The position numbers and the translations under genes were made by a program. The notes under the pieces were generated by a model. It searched no databases and was not told where the DNA came from. It saw nothing but the letters and a program-made list of their open reading frames with translations. Shown piece after piece: positions 60,253 to 64,000 of a stretch of 64,000 nucleotides of DNA. Origin of the DNA: Candidatus Bathyarchaeota archaeon. GTDB lineage: Archaea > Thermoproteota > Bathyarchaeia > Bathyarchaeales > Bathycorpusculaceae. Position 1 is the stretch's first letter; each line of letters starts with the position of its first letter. Where the stretch lies: positions 2,016,001-2,080,000 of the forward strand of contig OY969706.1 in NCBI GenBank assembly GCA_963702095.1, written 5' to 3'.

Positions 60253-61127
60253 TGGTCACCGACCTTTTCTCCGGTTTGTTCAATAAACACGTCTTCCAAG
60301 TTGGATTCGCGGATAATCACTGTTCGTGCTTCGGTGGGCAAATCCTTGATATAGGTGTTAGCGGTTTCGCGGTCGCCAAAAAACTGGTAATGCGTCTCTC
60401 TATTTTCAATGAGGGTTTCAACGACAACTGAACCGACTTTTTTGCGGAGCGCCAGAGGCTTATCTACCGCAATTAGTCGCCCGTGGTGCATGATGCCGAC
60501 GCGGTTGCATAGAACTTCTGCTTCCTCAATATAGTGGGTTGTTAGGAAAATCGTTGTACCGTCACTGTTTAGGCGGCGCATTAAATCCCACAGGCGACGC
60601 CGTGCCTGAGCGTCCAAGCCCACTGTTGGCTCATCCAAAAACAGCAGTTTAGGCTCATGTATGAGACTGCAGACAATGGCTGCTTTCTTTTTCATTCCAC
60701 CCGAAAGGGTGTCAACCATTTTGTCCGCATATTCCTTGAGTTCAACGTATTCCAGCAATTCAGCTATACGGTGTTTGCGCCTAAAAGAATCTAAACCATG
60801 AATGCGGGCGTGAAACTCCATGTTTTCGCGGATTGTGAGGTCTCGGTCTAAACTTAGATGCTGCTGCACAACGCCAATCATTTTTTTAGCTTTATTTGGT
60901 TCCTCTTTAAGGTCGTAACCGCCCACTGAAACAAAACCTGAAGTGGGATGGGAAAGAGTCGTTAAGACACGGATTGTCGTGGTTTTTCCAGCTCCGTTTG
61001 GACCCAAAAAACCAAAGATTTCTCCGCTGTGAACACGCAAGTCCAAGTTATTTATCGCGTTTATGGTTCCATAGTTTTTACATAGGTTCTCGGTGTAGAT
61101 GAAGTCTATCAAATGTTTAGCCTCCAA
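60249..61127 (-). CDS. ABC transporter ATPase (DrrA-like)
   Basis: GPNGAGKTT, LSGGM, LDEPT.GLD, TTHY.EEA. Confidence 0.95.
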   Translation of the reverse strand: MEAKHLIDFIYTENLCKNYGTINAINNLDLRVHSGEIFGFLGPNGAGKTTTIRVLTTLSHPTSGFVSVGGYDLKEEPNKAKKMIGVVQQHLSLDRDLTIRENMEFHARIHGLDSFRRKHRIAELLEYVELKEYADKMVDTLSGGMKKKAAIVCSLIHEPKLLFLDEPTVGLDAQARRRLWDLMRRLNSDGTTIFLTTHYIEEAEVLCNRVGIMHHGRLIAVDKPLALRKKVGSVVVETLIENRETHYQFFGDRETANTYIKDLPTEARTVIIRESNLEDVFIEQTGEKVGDQ

Positions 61128-61130
61128 GGA

Positions 61131-61889
61131 TTAGTTATCATGTTTTTTTAGCGCCTCTGCAACGGCGGTTTTGGCGGTGTAACCTATCAACTCACCCATC
61201 TTCGTGTGCCCGCCTGTATGCCGAATCAGAAGGTCAGGATGCACGCCTGAAACAACAATCATGCTGTCTGTTCCGGTGCCTGTGGCTTGAATCTTGGGGG
61301 AAGGCGTACTTCTATAGTCTAAGTCTTGTAGGGCAGCGGACTTGGCTTCTGTAGCAGTCATAATAGCCCGAGCCATGGCGCCCCAAGTCAAAGACACATT
61401 CGTCAACAGAATAATGTTTATGGTGCCTGGTTTAGCGTGAAACGCCTTTTCTTTTTCGGTCCATTGACCCTCATCTACGCCTGCTCGGAGCGCATTGTTC
61501 CGTGCGCCGCCTGTTGCGATACAGCAAACATGAAAGTCTTCAAACGTTTTTTCACAGAAAGCCACCTTTTCCATATCAACGCCTGTACTTATGAAAGTTA
61601 ACTGGCTGCAGCGAAGACCTAAAGTAGCGGGTAAACGTCGCACGAACTTTGCGTATTTTTTCAACGTCATGTTGTTGGCGGATATGGGGTCGGGGACATA
61701 CACGTTGGCAACGTTGTTTACGTGCCTAATGCCGTCTAATGTTGAGAGGACGCTTCGTTTTTCTTTGAAAGATACAAGGGTTGTGTTTAGTTCAACGCCG
61801 TCAAATCTGTGGTAAACTACGTTTGCTTCAACGCCTTCAAGGTGCAGGTTCAAACTTTTCTCTTTGTATTTTGTTACGGGATCGATCAT
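61131..61889 (-). CDS. cbiZ: Adenosylcobinamide amidohydrolase family
   Basis: TG..N, GTINII, TATEAK.AAL, ATGTGTD, G.HT..GE. Confidence 0.88.
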   Translation of the reverse strand: MIDPVTKYKEKSLNLHLEGVEANVVYHRFDGVELNTTLVSFKEKRSVLSTLDGIRHVNNVANVYVPDPISANNMTLKKYAKFVRRLPATLGLRCSQLTFISTGVDMEKVAFCEKTFEDFHVCCIATGGARNNALRAGVDEGQWTEKEKAFHAKPGTINIILLTNVSLTWGAMARAIMTATEAKSAALQDLDYRSTPSPKIQATGTGTDSMIVVSGVHPDLLIRHTGGHTKMGELIGYTAKTAVAEALKKHDN

Positions 61890-64000
61890 TTATTTTCCTC
61901 CATTTTGTTTTTCGTTTGTGTCTTCAAGTAAGCCTTCAATGCTTAGGTAGAGTTTCTCAAGCTCTTTCTTCATATCCTCAGGAGCCTGCCAAATATCTCG
62001 GTTAATAGCTTCCAATAGCCGCTCAACCATGTTCTGTAATGCATAGGGGTTGACGTCTTTGAGCCACTCCTGCATGGCTTTATCCAAAACGTACTTTTGC
62101 GCTAAACCCTCCCACATCCAGTCCTCAACTACTTCGACTGTGGCGTCCCAGCCAAGCACAGTATCCATGGTTCGGGACAGGTCTGCGGCGCCCTGGTAGC
62201 CGTGCCGTTTCATGCCTTCTATGTATTTTGGGTTGAGTAGCCGGCTACGGAAAACATGGCAGGTTTCTTCGGCGGTGCTTCTGACTTTTACACGTTTGGG
62301 GTCACTGCTGTCGCCGCAGTAGGAGCGGGGGGCTTTGCCGCCGACGATTTTAACAGCGTTTATCATGCCTCCGTGGGAATCGTACCAGTCGTCACCGTCC
62401 AAGATGTCGTATTCCCGTGAATCTTGGTTCTTCACTGTCACGTTGATTTTACTTAGGCACCGCTTAAACTGCTCTGGAACCTGCACTCCGTAGGTTGTAC
62501 GGGTATAGGCATAGCTGCCCCAGTTGATGTAGATGTCAGAGAGGTCTTGCTGGGTTTTCCAGTTTTTAGAGTCAATAGCTTCGCTGACGCCGCAACCGTA
62601 TGCGCCGGGGCGGTCGCCGAAGATGCGGTAGCAGGCTTCTTGGCGGGCTTTTTTGGCGTCTGTGCCTTTGGCTGTTTCCTCGGCGACTTCTGCTTCCACG
62701 TGTTTCCTCACAAAGTTTTGGCTATGCGACTCATCTAAGCCCGCTACCAGCTCGATGGCTTGGTCAAGCAGGTTTACCACGACGGGAAAACTGTCGCGGA
62801 ACATGCCACTAATGCGCATTGTAACGTCAATACGGGGGCGTTTTAGCTCGCTTAGAGGGATGACTTCTATGCCTACAACTCTGCCGCTGGACCGCTCCCA
62901 CACTGGCTTCACACCCAGCAGGTAGAAGATTTCAGCAACGTCGTCTCCTTTAGTTTTCATGGTGTCGGTTGCCCAAATGACGACACCGACGGATTCAGGG
63001 TATTTGCCTTCCTCTTTGAGGTAACGCTCCAGCAGAACGTTGACTAATGAGACGCCGACTTCCCAAGAAGCTAATGAAGGGACGGCACGAGGGTCAACGG
63101 AATAAAAGTTTCGTCCAGTAGGCAAAATGTCGGCCATGCCTCTTGTCATAGAGCCTGATGGCCCAGGAGGCACGTAGCCACCGCTGCATCCGGATAAGGT
63201 GTAGGTTATTTCGTCTGTTGTGCTGGAGAGGGCGGGGGCAAGAAAGCTGCTGATGTATTGGAGGCAGGATTCGATTTTTGGGGTGCTTGCGCCAAGTACA
63301 GCAGTGGTTACTTCGCATATTTTTTCCTGTTTGAAATCTTTAGCGTGGAACTTCTGGATAAGGTCAAGGGAGATGGCGCTGATTTCGTTTAGGCGGTCCG
63401 CGTTGGTTTTGCCATTTGCACACAGTTTGCCCCTATGCGCCAAGAGGTCCTCGAAGTCATAGCCTTTGAACTCTGCAAGGGACTGACGCAAAGAGGGCAC
63501 ATCACCGTTGCTTAAGCGAGTTAGAGATACTAAGAACTCGTCGAGCCGTAGGTCTTTGGGAGCTTCGCCTAAAGTGTGGAGTCCATCGCGGATTTGCGCA
63601 TCAGACAATTCGTTAATGTATGCGTGCAGTTGCTCAAGGAAGTCGTCGAAGGCGGCGTAGGCGGCTTCTTGGGTTACGTTTAGGTCTTTGTCGAGTTTGG
63701 CGGCAACCACGTTCTCCCAAATCAAGCCTTGCAGAACAGACAATTTCTCTTGGTCAACCGTTTTTGCATGATAGTATTCTTGTAGCTGAACTTCAAGTCT
63801 GGCGAGTTCTTCGTAGGAGTCCGCGTTATGCATAACGGGAACGAGGTGCTCGATTATACAGCAGTAGCCGCGCCGTTTAGCTTGGGTACCTTCTCCGGGA
63901 TTAGTAATAACGTAGGGGTAAATGTTGGGCATGTCTGAGATGGTGATGTCGGACTGGCAGGACCTGGATAATCCGACGGATTTGCCGGGCAGCCACTCTT
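61890..64000 (-). CDS. cobN: CobN-type cobalt/magnesium chelatase large subunit (5' part outside the window)
   Basis: Frame is open to the window end (EWLPGKS..); NPGEG.QAKRR, GLH.LG, LPTGRNFY, RPRIDV, R..NPK.I.GM..HGY.GA. Confidence 0.93.
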   Translation of the reverse strand, partial: EWLPGKSVGLSRSCQSDITISDMPNIYPYVITNPGEGTQAKRRGYCCIIEHLVPVMHNADSYEELARLEVQLQEYYHAKTVDQEKLSVLQGLIWENVVAAKLDKDLNVTQEAAYAAFDDFLEQLHAYINELSDAQIRDGLHTLGEAPKDLRLDEFLVSLTRLSNGDVPSLRQSLAEFKGYDFEDLLAHRGKLCANGKTNADRLNEISAISLDLIQKFHAKDFKQEKICEVTTAVLGASTPKIESCLQYISSFLAPALSSTTDEITYTLSGCSGGYVPPGPSGSMTRGMADILPTGRNFYSVDPRAVPSLASWEVGVSLVNVLLERYLKEEGKYPESVGVVIWATDTMKTKGDDVAEIFYLLGVKPVWERSSGRVVGIEVIPLSELKRPRIDVTMRISGMFRDSFPVVVNLLDQAIELVAGLDESHSQNFVRKHVEAEVAEETAKGTDAKKARQEACYRIFGDRPGAYGCGVSEAIDSKNWKTQQDLSDIYINWGSYAYTRTTYGVQVPEQFKRCLSKINVTVKNQDSREYDILDGDDWYDSHGGMINAVKIVGGKAPRSYCGDSSDPKRVKVRSTAEETCHVFRSRLLNPKYIEGMKRHGYQGAADLSRTMDTVLGWDATVEVVEDWMWEGLAQKYVLDKAMQEWLKDVNPYALQNMVERLLEAINRDIWQAPEDMKKELEKLYLSIEGLLEDTNEKQNGGK

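Overview
Archaeal chromosomal window. The 16S rRNA gene and gene content point to Bathyarchaeia (inference). From left to right it contains: (i) a ~17 kb phosphate/polyphosphate cluster (CYTH enzyme, ppk1, a CHAD-metallophosphoesterase-HD fusion, ppx, class III ppk2, a PAS histidine kinase, phoU-pstBACS, an AbrB-PhoU regulator, a HAD phosphatase); (ii) lsm-rpl37e; (iii) two isolated tailed-virus relics (an intact tail fibre with an S74 chaperone plus a small coiled-coil gene, and a terminase 3' fragment), each beside a secreted beta-helix surface protein; (iv) a stand-alone 16S rRNA gene with a canonical BHB processing stem and no 23S; (v) a PQQ-like propeller surface protein and ppdK; (vi) an A/V-type ATPase cluster with atpI inverted and a USP gene inserted; (vii) a cobN-cbiZ-ABC operon cut by the window end. 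The most notable unexplained signal is a ~340-nt intergenic sequence (38553-38890) that folds by hand into a closed four-way junction, followed by a long hairpin and a T-tract. I could not match it to a known RNA family by eye. Other signals: two more structured intergenic RNA candidates, two families of dispersed repeats, several unannotated small metal-binding ORFs, a recurring CTATATAG palindrome in the phosphate-gene promoters, and a sub-kilobase G+T/A+C strand-skew oscillation. At least four single-base frameshifts in short homopolymers are probably assembly errors. All folds and family assignments were made by eye, without computation.
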